Below are positions 1 through 8,382 of a stretch of DNA of 60,822 bases, in pieces (position 1 is the stretch's first letter; the number at the start of each line of letters is the position of its first letter). The stretch lies in assembly GCA_028866835.1 (NCBI GenBank), contig JAGWHJ010000004.1, positions 1-60,822 of the forward strand, in the 5' to 3' direction. The notes under the pieces are model-generated. The model searched no databases. It was not told the origin of the DNA and was given only the letters and a program-made list of their open reading frames with translations. This DNA comes from Candidatus Micrarchaeota archaeon. GTDB taxonomy: Archaea > Micrarchaeota > Micrarchaeia > Micrarchaeales > CABMGC01. The translations under genes and the position numbers were made by a program.

Positions 1-28
1 TTATCCTTCCACCAGGCAACACCGGACC

Positions 29-1297
29 TTAGTGCCCAGGATACCACTCGGTTACATTGCTGGAGTTTGTGCCGCTGTTCGAATCGCCGCTGTAATCGTT
101 GAAGTCGCCATTCAGGGGCCACCAGCCTGCGAGCGCCTGCAGCGATATGGGTTCGGCCCCTATCCCGCCCATGTAAAGAGCGTGCATGTCACTCGATGAG
201 AGGCTGCTGTTGTATATTTGGACATTTGATATCGAACCATTGAAATAAGAGATCCTGGTGGGCTGTGTCTTATTGACTGGGCAAATGTTGGGCGCACAGA
301 TCGGCTGGGTGCTGTTGTCGAACTGCGCTTTTGCGAGATTTGCGCCGCTGAAGTTGGCGTTTTGCAGGTTGGAACCGGAGAAATTTGCATGCTGCGCATT
401 TGCGCCTTTGAAAATGGCGCTTTGAAGCGAAGAATTCAGCATGTCTGCATGCTGCATATTCACCCCGCTGAAGTTCGCACCTGTACCATCGGAGCATTTG
501 AACAGTGCCTGCTGCAGGTTTGCGCCCTGGAAATTCGCATTGCTTATGTTGCTGCCTTTTACAATTGCGTACTGAAGGTTTGCGCCGCTGAAGTTGGCGC
601 CTTCAAGGTCGAGGCAGGAAAGGTTAGCGCTCTGCAGATTTTTGCCTGAGAAGTTCAACGTAGTAGAACCAGCTATCGGCGCAACGCCGTTCCCTATGTA
701 AAGAAATCTTGATCTGTGTATGATATAGGAACCTCTTAGGCCCATGGTTGCCTTAAGCGTTCCGTTTATGTAAAAATTCACGGTATTGGACGTGGGAGAC
801 AATGTTACGGCAAGGTTATACCATTTGTTGGGCTGGAAATTGCCGGTGAAGCTGTATTGCCTGTCCCCGCACCCTGGCAGAAATTGCAGTGAGCTGCGAT
901 TGAGCGTCAGTTGATACCCGCAGTCAGATGTGGAGACAAGTGTCGACTGCTGGGCCTTTTGGCTCTTCATCCAAAGGTCTATAGTGATGCCTTTATTCGC
1001 AGGGGTTATGTTCAAGTAATGATTCATTGGTATGACGGCGCCGTTGGTGCGGCCATTCATTACTGGCGTAAATTCCGGCGGCCAGTTCTGGCATACGCCT
1101 TGAAGCGAGGGTGGACTCTGCACCCTGAATGCCGACTTCAGAACCGTGCAAGAACCGGGTTTTGCGGTAGGACCTTGCAAAAATGAGTTGAGTATGCCAG
1201 TCTCATAAAAGAGGACAACTACCACGGCAATAGCGACTATTGCAAAAGCATAAGTGTGCATATACTCCAAAACCGACTGGAGCTTGTACTCTCTCAT
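29..1297 (-). CDS. Class III signal-peptide (pilin-like) LamG/concanavalin-domain surface protein with inserted pentapeptide repeats
   Basis: N-terminus MREYKLQSVLEYMHTYAFAIVAIAVVVVLF is an archaeal pilin-like leader (start moved to ATG 1297). LamG motifs ITIDLWMK, NKWYNLAVT, FNGSISNVQIYN, GWWPLNG; A(N/D)(L/F)xx repeats at ~312-658. Confidence 0.8.
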   Translation of the reverse strand: MREYKLQSVLEYMHTYAFAIVAIAVVVVLFYETGILNSFLQGPTAKPGSCTVLKSAFRVQSPPSLQGVCQNWPPEFTPVMNGRTNGAVIPMNHYLNITPANKGITIDLWMKSQKAQQSTLVSTSDCGYQLTLNRSSLQFLPGCGDRQYSFTGNFQPNKWYNLAVTLSPTSNTVNFYINGTLKATMGLRGSYIIHRSRFLYIGNGVAPIAGSTTLNFSGKNLQSANLSCLDLEGANFSGANLQYAIVKGSNISNANFQGANLQQALFKCSDGTGANFSGVNMQHADMLNSSLQSAIFKGANAQHANFSGSNLQNANFSGANLAKAQFDNSTQPICAPNICPVNKTQPTRISYFNGSISNVQIYNSSLSSSDMHALYMGGIGAEPISLQALAGWWPLNGDFNDYSGDSNSGTNSSNVTEWYPGH

Positions 1298-1427
1298 ATA
1301 CCTGTTACTATCAGAGACTTTGCATCTTATATAGCATTCCTTTTGATCGCAGTATTCGATACTGCGCAACAGCGTACCTGGTCGGATTGCCGCACGTTTT
1401 ATCCAGGTAACGCCGTTTTGATGCAAT

Positions 1428-1435
1428 CTTTATAA
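1428..1435 (+). promoter_or_regulatory. TATA box for riboswitch/ECF transcript
   Basis: TTTTATAA about 25 nt upstream of the start of the structured leader. Confidence 0.5.
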
Positions 1436-1458
1436 TGATGCTTTCAAAGGTTAATGTA

Positions 1459-1587
1459 AGGATAGCTAGTTCAGAACTAGCCGTGTCAGGGGAAAGCGGT
1501 GAAAATCCGCTGCTGTGCCGCAACTGTAAGCCCATCCGTTTGGGTAAGCCAGGCTGCCTGAATCCGCGATGCCCACGAGCATGGTGA
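1459..1587 (+). ncRNA. Cobalamin (B12) riboswitch-like leader
   Basis: Ordered consensus elements: GGGAA, hairpin AGCGG-TGAAAAT-CCGCT (1495-1511), GCCGCAACTGTAA (1517-1529), hairpin 1531-1544, B12 box AAGCCAG (1546-1552), TCAGG/CCTGA pairing, and a hairpin at 1569-1582 next to the GGTGA RBS. Confidence 0.85.
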
Positions 1588-1589
1588 AT

Positions 1590-2132
1590 ATGAGAACAAA
1601 CAATCTGGTGAAGTTGGTACTGTCTGTTTTTATAGCGAACGGGATACGGCTGTTAAGGATAATTCCAAATAACGACCCAATAATGTCAATGGCCTTGCCA
1701 TTCTCAAGGAGAGGCTCCGCATGGATATCGTTTATTTTCCCGCTTCTCACCATGGCGTCATTCGATTTTGTCACCGGATACGTTGGGGTCTGGACCGCGA
1801 TTACGGCGCTCACCTACGGTTTCATAGGCATCGCTTTCCATTTCTATCTGAAGGACAGGAAGGATGTTAACATAAGGACTTACATGGGCTGCGGGATTGC
1901 GGGGGTATTGGCATTCGACTTCGTTACGGGGGTGGTTGCAACCCCGCTTATTTACGGCGGGACGTTAGAGCAGTCATTCTTTGGTCAGATACCGTTCACG
2001 ATCACGCACTTGCTTACGAGCTCATTCTTTATCCTGATAGTCACGCCTTTACTGGATAAGAACATCCTATTGAACAAAAGGCTAGATGACAATAGAATCT
2101 GGTCCTACATCTCCAGCTTGACATTGGGCTGA
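1590..2132 (+). CDS. ECF transporter S-component-like membrane protein, probably corrinoid uptake
   Basis: ~180 aa with 5-6 hydrophobic helices and a PNxxP motif (IPNNDPI) typical of CbrT-like S components; lies behind the B12 riboswitch. Start could be 1581 or 1590. Confidence 0.7.
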   Translation: MRTNNLVKLVLSVFIANGIRLLRIIPNNDPIMSMALPFSRRGSAWISFIFPLLTMASFDFVTGYVGVWTAITALTYGFIGIAFHFYLKDRKDVNIRTYMGCGIAGVLAFDFVTGVVATPLIYGGTLEQSFFGQIPFTITHLLTSSFFILIVTPLLDKNILLNKRLDDNRIWSYISSLTLG

Positions 2133-2154
2133 AATGACGAAGGGACCTGGCATA

Positions 2155-3483
2155 TTACCCAAAGCTTTCGATCGTGTCCCAGTATATCTTCTTTATTGTC
2201 CCTATGGTCGTGGTGACATAACAGGCCTTGGCCATGTTTTTCGCATTGGTGCCCATGTCTGACAATAGCCGCCCGTTGCCGTTGAATAGCCGGGTTATCT
2301 TTTGGGCCAGGCTTTTGGTATCTCCGGCCCTGAAGGTAAAGCCATTGAAGCCCTCGGTTACGAGCTCAGAGACGCCAGCTCCTTCGCTCACTATCGATGG
2401 GGTATCGTACAGCCAGCCCTCGACCACAGCCAGACCGAATCCCTCCATCCTAGAAGGCAATGCGAAGAGGTCTGCCCTTGTGTAAGCGCATTCGAGGTCG
2501 GAATGGGTTAGGGTGCCCGCAAAGATGACCCTGTCCTCGATCTTCAGCTTTCTTGCGAGCTTTTTGAGCTTGTCAAGCCAAAGTGCGCCCTTTGAATGCC
2601 CCAAAGCATTGGTCGTGAAACTGCTGCCGCCGATGAGCATCAGCTTGATCCTTTTGTTTCCTGCCATGGCCACGGCCTTTATCAGGTCGTCCTGCGATTT
2701 TATGGGATCCATCCTCGCAACGTTTATGACAAGGAAGTCATCCGGCTTTATGTTAAACCTGTGCGAAAAGGCGTTTAGCCTGTTTCTGCTGGTCCTGTTC
2801 CATACCCGGTTGTCAATGTGCGGATACAGCTGGTACGCGCTGCCCCTGTATCCTCCCCTGATCAAACCTTCAAGATCGCGCTTTGTGCTCACGATTACCG
2901 CGTCGTTGCCCTCAAGGCCGTTTATGATAAACTTTCTTATTTTCTTGTTCAGTATCTCCGGGACAAAGGGGCCGTGCCACCTAAGTATGGTCGGGAAGGA
3001 AGGCCCGAGCATGGCGCCCAGGAGCATCTGCTGGAAGTCGTGTATTTCGAACAGATTGATGTCCTCGTAGTCCTTCAGCATCAGCTTTCCCAGTTTCGAG
3101 TTGTACCTAAAGTATCCAAGATACTCCTTGATCGTGAATGCCCTCGAATTGAGATTGTGTATGTTCTTCCATACCTCCTCCTTGAAATCCACATAATCCC
3201 TGCTGCTTTCATCCTCGAGGTATATGCTCACGGCCCTTGTGACTTTGGAGAGGATGATGTTCTTAGGCGCACTTGGATTTAATGAGAACCATATGGCCTT
3301 ACGGAGCGCCCCCATGCCCTCAAGCTGCTCCAACTGCGCCTTTACCAGTGGCGCTACACCGCCGGCAGTATATGCATACTCCCTTTCACTAAGGTCCGAG
3401 AGCCTTATCGTATCGCCCTCCTGCTTCTGCAGGAGCCTTACCACCGGAGTCTGTGAGACTATACCAAGACTTATCTTTGACAT
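2155..3483 (-). CDS. Glycosyltransferase family 4 (TreT/trehalose synthase-like)
   Basis: IHDFQ, VARMDPIKSQ and PSRMEGFGLAVVEG GT-B motifs. Confidence 0.85.
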   Translation of the reverse strand: MSKISLGIVSQTPVVRLLQKQEGDTIRLSDLSEREYAYTAGGVAPLVKAQLEQLEGMGALRKAIWFSLNPSAPKNIILSKVTRAVSIYLEDESSRDYVDFKEEVWKNIHNLNSRAFTIKEYLGYFRYNSKLGKLMLKDYEDINLFEIHDFQQMLLGAMLGPSFPTILRWHGPFVPEILNKKIRKFIINGLEGNDAVIVSTKRDLEGLIRGGYRGSAYQLYPHIDNRVWNRTSRNRLNAFSHRFNIKPDDFLVINVARMDPIKSQDDLIKAVAMAGNKRIKLMLIGGSSFTTNALGHSKGALWLDKLKKLARKLKIEDRVIFAGTLTHSDLECAYTRADLFALPSRMEGFGLAVVEGWLYDTPSIVSEGAGVSELVTEGFNGFTFRAGDTKSLAQKITRLFNGNGRLLSDMGTNAKNMAKACYVTTTIGTIKKIYWDTIESFG

Positions 3484-3547
3484 ATGCTAAACCTCATGCG
3501 GTAACAACTGCATGCACACAACGTCCTTGTGTTGTCAAAATCTATTC

Positions 3548-3841
3548 CTATGTCCATAAAATCCCAATTCGCCCTGGCGCTCTGTTTATCGGCATGAGTT
3601 TACCAGAGAGCCCATAGCAGCGCGAGAGAGTAGAAATTGCAATGGAAACGATGGTCGAGATTACTATTCCAGTGAGTACATAACCCAGAAGAGAGATTAT
3701 GCCAGCCGTGTACTCTCTTCCGATTTTAAGCGATATCAGTGTAACTACCGATATGCAGATATCGATTATGATGGATGCGTATGCGATTATCTCCAATAAT
3801 TTTTTCAGGTTCTTTGCCTTTTTAGCGGAGTTTGTAATCAT
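3548..3841 (-). CDS. Small two-TM membrane protein
   Basis: 97-aa ORF with two hydrophobic segments and AT-rich upstream promoter region. Confidence 0.55.
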   Translation of the reverse strand: MITNSAKKAKNLKKLLEIIAYASIIIDICISVVTLISLKIGREYTAGIISLLGYVLTGIVISTIVSIAISTLSRCYGLSGKLMPINRAPGRIGILWT

Positions 3842-4077
3842 TTCAACATTATTATCTTTCAGATAAATAATTTATTAGTTTTGTTTCAATAAAAACCGCA
3901 TTTTATGGGTATTTAAGTAATTGTTACATCAGCCCATTTCATATCATGATAGGCGGATGGATTATTCGTAGCATTGGCATAGCATTCTTGGGATTCGTAA
4001 TAATGCTTTGCTAAACAGAATAAGGATAACCAAGACCTTGCCTCTCATGGTGATTGGGCTTTTGTATGCCGTGTTCA

Positions 4078-4310
4078 TCAAGCTAGCGACCCATCACCAC
4101 CGTGCTTAAGAAAATCCTCATATTGCGCTCTTATACGGTTGTACTCAGGTGGTTGGGGTGGCTCTTGCGATATCTGCCGCTGTCGCTCCTCTTCCTGTGC
4201 TTTTATTGCCCTCGCTTGTTGTGCGGCTTCGATTGCTCTCGCTTGCTCTATTCTCTTTTTAAATTCCTCATGATAGTGATGCTCTGCGGCTTCTAATGAT
4301 CCAAACCGTT
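4078..4310 (-). pseudogene. Start-less coiled-coil gene fragment
   Basis: Open frame LEAAEHHYHEEFKKRIEQARAIEAAQQARAIKAQEEERQRQ...DGSLA* with no start codon, abutting the truncated hicA. Confidence 0.45.
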
Positions 4311-4466
4311 TTATAAGTGCTGCCGTTCTCCAAATTTTGATGTATATTTGCCTTTATCTATAAGGTGCATTACTATATGGCTTCCGCTTTGGTGATGAAA
4401 CGTATAGCCGATTTTAGATAGCGCCTTTATTACTTTGTCGTAATTTAGAGGAATTAGCCTAGACAC
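4311..4466 (-). pseudogene. hicA: HicA-family toxin, C-terminally truncated (51 aa)
   Basis: GTG start overlapping the hicB stop; MSRLIPLNYDKVIKALSKIGYTFHHQSGSHIVM matches the HicA N-half including GSH; the VPxH and C-terminal helix are missing. Not in the ORF track. Confidence 0.7.
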
Positions 4467-4668
4467 TTACCTGCACCATTCCAATAGGGACAGGGTTGCC
4501 ATCTTTCTTAAGCGCCTCTACGTATGCTTGTATTGCCTCCTTAACATTCTTCATAAGCTCTTTCTTGGTTTTGCCTTCGGTAGCACAGCCAGGCAAATCA
4601 GGAACTTTTGCAACATAAACGCCATCTTCATCTCTTTCTATGATTACTCTATAACTCATTTTTGACAT
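4459..4668 (-). CDS. hicB: HicB-family antitoxin
   Basis: YRVIIERDEDGVYVAKVPDLPGCATEGKTKKELMKNVKEAI is the classic HicB signature. Confidence 0.92.
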   Translation of the reverse strand: MSKMSYRVIIERDEDGVYVAKVPDLPGCATEGKTKKELMKNVKEAIQAYVEALKKDGNPVPIGMVQVSV

Positions 4669-4775
4669 ATATTTTCGCCTCTGCCTTTAGTATATTATAT
4701 ATGTCTATTCTAATTCTTAAAACTTTCTTTGTAACAGGATTTATAGCAGGTTAGTGTTATAGTATACCCAACAAA

Positions 4776-4839
4776 TACCATTATTCGCAAGTGTTAGGGA
4801 TGTGTACTCTGGGTTCAATGGACGTGAGTGGACTTGTCG
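4776..4839. repeat. Direct repeat copy 1 (att-like; includes last 11 nt of tRNA-Ala)
   Basis: 4797-4839 matches 5538-5580 at 41/43 nt; weaker similarity extends to TACCATTATT at 4776 and 5518. Confidence 0.9.
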
Positions 4840-4956
4840 TACGTCTGCATTTGAGTACGCTGGACAAACAATGTTGTTTAATGGTATTTAATTGTATTTG
4901 CAATTGTTTTATGGTGCATGGAAAAGCTTATAACTTCCAAATTGATATTTTGATTT

Positions 4957-5262
4957 ATGATTGGGTCTGCAAATTCTAAAAACAGAGTAAAAATAAGGCT
5001 TACAGAGGAACGTTGGTTTCATATAACTGAATCTCATGACGAATTGACTGGACTTAGCTTTGATGTTTTAGATTCTATCGAAAATCCCGATGTTATAGTA
5101 AAAGGGATTGCTGGTGAGTTAATAGCGTGCACGAGGATTGGCAATAAGTATTTAATATCTGTTTACAAAGAAACTAATAATGATGGTTTCGTAATAACTG
5201 CCTATTTGACTAAGAGCATTAAGAAGCTCCTAAAGAGAGGTATTTTATGGAAAAAGAAATGA
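4957..5262 (+). CDS. Putative BECR/RelE-like ribonuclease toxin (DUF4258/PBECR-like)
   Basis: IRLTEERWFHI...H...IENPDVIV...DGFVITAY; overlaps a DUF2283 gene. Confidence 0.7.
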   Translation: MIGSANSKNRVKIRLTEERWFHITESHDELTGLSFDVLDSIENPDVIVKGIAGELIACTRIGNKYLISVYKETNNDGFVITAYLTKSIKKLLKRGILWKKK

Positions 5263-5498
5263 CTTTAGAAAAGGGATTCATTAGCAGGTTAGAGAAGCCA
5301 CTGCTCCAATTACTTAAATTGTCTAATCATGCGTGGATAGATTATGATAAAGGTGCTGATGTTGCCTATGTGTCATTTGAAAGACCGCAGCATGCAACTG
5401 ATAGCGAACTCCTGGACAATGGAGTGATAGTGAGGAAACGAGGAAAGAAGATAGTTGGATTTACAATACTTAATGCTGGAAAGCTGATTTATGGTTAA
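5247..5498 (+). CDS. DUF2283-family putative antitoxin
   Basis: IDYDKGADVAYVSF...GKKIVGFTILNA is the DUF2283 pattern. Confidence 0.8.
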   Translation: MEKEMTLEKGFISRLEKPLLQLLKLSNHAWIDYDKGADVAYVSFERPQHATDSELLDNGVIVRKRGKKIVGFTILNAGKLIYG

Positions 5499-5517
5499 TC
5501 TGCCCGATAGCCATACT

Positions 5518-5580
5518 TACCATTATTTACATTTGTTGGGATGTGAACTCAGGGTTCAATGGACGTGAGTGGACTTGTCG
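5518..5580. repeat. Direct repeat copy 2 overlapping tRNA-Ala 3' end
   Basis: Second copy of 4776-4839. Confidence 0.9.
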
Positions 5581-5641
5581 GGATTCGAACCCGAAACCTT
5601 CCGCATGCAAAGCGGACGCTCTGCCGTTGAGCTACAAGCCC
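5570..5641 (-). tRNA. tRNA-Ala(TGC)
   Basis: GGGCTTG...TCCGC-TT-TGC-AT-GCGGA...TTCGAAT...CAAGTCC-A cloverleaf with G3:U70; CCA not encoded. Confidence 0.97.
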
Positions 5642-5792
5642 GTGCTTGATTATTGATGCGGTTATCTATATAAATTGCCACCCATCGGTTTTCCTTGCTT
5701 GGCCTTATCCCCTCGGAAAACAGCAAAGTATGAATAGCTTTAAATAGTTTTCTAATATATGTTGCTTGACAATCAGCAAAAGGTAGATAACT

Positions 5793-5906
5793 ATGGCCAA
5801 GAAGGAAGAAGACGAAGAAGACTTTGAAGAAGACGAAGAGGATAGCGACGACTTCGACGAGGAGGAGTTCGAAGACGAAGATTCAGAAGACTTTAATGAT
5901 GAGTAA
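5793..5906 (+). CDS. Hyperacidic 37-aa microprotein
   Basis: MAKKEEDEEDFEEDEEDSDDFDEEEFEDEDSEDFNDE*; TATA TTTAAATA at 5739-5746, AGGT RBS-like motif at 5781 and a downstream terminator. Confidence 0.65.
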   Translation: MAKKEEDEEDFEEDEEDSDDFDEEEFEDEDSEDFNDE

Positions 5907-5940
5907 GAAGGGTTTCCCTTTCTTATTCTCTATTTTTTAT
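5905..5940 (+). terminator. Hairpin plus pyrimidine/T tract between convergent genes
   Basis: AAGAAGGG-TTT-CCCTTTCTT followed by TTCTCTATTTTTT. Confidence 0.5.
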
Positions 5941-5944
5941 CCAT

Positions 5945-7291
5945 TTATGTTGTCCCTATCGTATGTGCCGGAACGGCCACGATGCGTCTCGTTTCAGCTC
6001 TAAGAAGGCTTGACAAGTCATGCCTACTGCCAAGAAGCCTCACTATGAGCTCGTGCGCAGCCTGCTCGTCCTTGTCAAAGTATGAGATGATGTCCTTTCT
6101 CACCTGTTTCTCAAGCCTCTGCATGACGAAGTAGGAAACAAGCATGTTGGAATCGTTCAGCTCATTCAGCAAAGCCCTTCCCGTCTCTCTTGAGAATTTG
6201 TTGCTGTTTGCTACATTCGAACTCTTGAACCCGAACGCCTTTGCAAATGCATCCAGATATCGGTTTGCCTGATTAAGTGTGCCATTCATTTCGGCTACGC
6301 CGTTGGCATCCATGACATGCATGTAAAGGTGTGCCTCGGCAAACAGCAACTGGTGCAGGCGGTTGATCTCTTCCACGTCGCCTTTTGAGAGCTTAGCTCC
6401 AGGGAATTTTATAACGCTTACACTGCCATCAGGATCAGTGTTGAATATGATGTCACCGGCATCTTCCATCCTTCGCGCGAGCTGATTCAATCTTGCGTCG
6501 ATTATTCCCCTGAGCAGATCATTGTTTGCCGGGTCAAATATAGAATGGTCAAGAGCGTGCCTTATCATGTCATCCAGTTCCCTTGCGCGGTAGCGCTGCT
6601 CATCCAGACCGTAACGCCTTACACTTGGAGGGTCATTAACTATGTCAATCAAGAAGGTTATACCTCTTGCAACACTTCCGCTCTGCTCGATTTCATCAAG
6701 AGCTTTCTCGAGTATCTGCATCTTTGCAAGGTTCTTCTCAACCCTTATCATCGAGGTCTGAGTCTCCCCTATGCCGATTCTCGCGGAAGCCTCCTCTGCG
6801 GCTTTCCACTGCTCGCTTACGTTATTTACCCGTGGCATGGCGTCGCCTATTACCCCCATCGCCCGCTTTAGCCTATTCCTCGCCGCCCTCCGGCTGGTCT
6901 TTGATTCATATTTACTGAACTGTTTTAACATGTCGCTTATTTCAGCAAAGTTTCTTGAGGCGAGCACGTCTTTAAGCTCCTCCCTGCTACTCTTCAGCTC
7001 GGCCTTCATTGCGTCAAGCATTTCTTTATGGTCGGGCATAGGAGTTCTCCTCGCCCTATCTACTAAATCATGTAAATCGTGATATGCTGCCGAATCACCT
7101 CTGTCTATGCTGCCACTTATGCCAGTTCTCAGGAAATTATCGAAACGGCTTGTGAGGGTAGGATCGTGTATTGCAAGGTGGTCGTTTACGTTTGACACCT
7201 CCTTTGCAAAAGCAGCAATTGTCTCGTGAATACTGCCTTCCCTAGTTTCTCTCATAACTCTTTCTACATGTCCCCTGGTTGGAAAAACCAT
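5945..7291 (-). CDS. Hypothetical helical protein, paralogue of 7389-8327
   Basis: Long ORF; start chosen at MVFPTR after GGGTAGT (alternative 7321). C-terminal half aligns with the neighbouring gene. Confidence 0.75.
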   Translation of the reverse strand: MVFPTRGHVERVMRETREGSIHETIAAFAKEVSNVNDHLAIHDPTLTSRFDNFLRTGISGSIDRGDSAAYHDLHDLVDRARRTPMPDHKEMLDAMKAELKSSREELKDVLASRNFAEISDMLKQFSKYESKTSRRAARNRLKRAMGVIGDAMPRVNNVSEQWKAAEEASARIGIGETQTSMIRVEKNLAKMQILEKALDEIEQSGSVARGITFLIDIVNDPPSVRRYGLDEQRYRARELDDMIRHALDHSIFDPANNDLLRGIIDARLNQLARRMEDAGDIIFNTDPDGSVSVIKFPGAKLSKGDVEEINRLHQLLFAEAHLYMHVMDANGVAEMNGTLNQANRYLDAFAKAFGFKSSNVANSNKFSRETGRALLNELNDSNMLVSYFVMQRLEKQVRKDIISYFDKDEQAAHELIVRLLGSRHDLSSLLRAETRRIVAVPAHTIGTT

Positions 7292-7388
7292 TATACTACC
7301 CTTCTGATAATAAGAAGTCATTATTCTAATATATTAAAATATTGCTTAAGAATGATATTAGTCCAGCCCTCTGGAAAAGCGTATATAT

Positions 7389-8327
7389 CTAGTTTTCAGT
7401 CCCCACTTCTGGCACTGCCTCCCTCTTTCCAGGCAAACCAAGCTCTTCAGTTGGCTGTTCTCCTTCTTGGCGACCTTCAACGAAATGTGCACGGACGTCT
7501 GCGCCATCGAACCTTTCCTCAAAGCCCGGACCAAGCTGCAGCTTCCTGCCGTCGACAAGCAGCCTCCTTACCAGTTCCTTTGCGGATCTCTCCCCTTCGA
7601 AGAAGTGCATTGAGAGGGCTGCTGCGAGAGGCCCGTACGTATCGCTCTGCGCCATTTCCTCATACACCTTGGCGTGGTCTCTCCTGCCGGATTCTATGTG
7701 CGGGGAAAGGTACACCATCATGGCCATACCAAGGTCGCTGGCGAATTGCATGCTGTCCGTCTTTTCGTACACCTGCCTGTTAAGCGATTCCGCCACCGCG
7801 TCGATGAAGACATTGGCATGCGTCAGCTTCTCGCTGATGCGGGCCTGCGCTTCGTCATTCCCGTTCAGGAGATGCCTGTACGCATCGAGCTGTGCAAACA
7901 ACAGAAGGTTTTCGTCGTTTATCTTCTTTATGTCATCCTCTGTAAACGTTGTGCCCTGCTTCAAGGTAGCCACCAGACCCGCACCATTTGGCGTTTCCAC
8001 TCTCTCGAAGACTACGCCGAATCCCTCTATCTTCTTTACGAACGCCTCCAGGCGCGCGTCGGCTACGGCCATCACCTCTTCGTGAGATGTCAGGGAGCCG
8101 TTCCTTGCTGCGCCTACTGCGGCATCCTTGAGCTCTCCGCCTACCTGCCTGGGCGCAGGGCGAATGTCGCGCCTTGCATGCGCTGCATTAGCTCCATTCA
8201 AGACCCTTACGTCCTCCGCGCCTAATCTGGCTTCCGAACCATATAGTCTGCGGGTTACGTCATCGTCGACCTGCTGGGGGTCGACCTTTTGTGGGCTTTT
8301 TACTCTCTGCCTTCCGTCCGCTGACAT
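7389..8327 (-). CDS. Hypothetical helical protein, paralogue of 5945-7291
   Basis: 312-aa ORF with its own TATA (TTTAAATAT near 8356-8364). Confidence 0.75.
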   Translation of the reverse strand: MSADGRQRVKSPQKVDPQQVDDDVTRRLYGSEARLGAEDVRVLNGANAAHARRDIRPAPRQVGGELKDAAVGAARNGSLTSHEEVMAVADARLEAFVKKIEGFGVVFERVETPNGAGLVATLKQGTTFTEDDIKKINDENLLLFAQLDAYRHLLNGNDEAQARISEKLTHANVFIDAVAESLNRQVYEKTDSMQFASDLGMAMMVYLSPHIESGRRDHAKVYEEMAQSDTYGPLAAALSMHFFEGERSAKELVRRLLVDGRKLQLGPGFEERFDGADVRAHFVEGRQEGEQPTEELGLPGKREAVPEVGTEN

Positions 8328-8382
8328 AAGTATCCATAATATATTGCATTTTTTGATATTTAAAGATATCAGGCGGTTTCGG

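Noticed and set aside
312-658. Nucleotide-level 30-bp periodic repeats as a DNA element
   Set aside because: Fully explained by the pentapeptide-repeat coding sequence.
1466-1813. 115-aa minus-strand ORF across the riboswitch
   Set aside because: Antisense to the ECF gene; the region is better explained as structured RNA.
4776-5580. CRISPR array or autonomous integrative element
   Set aside because: Only two repeat copies ~740 bp apart, with no cas, integrase or transposase gene.
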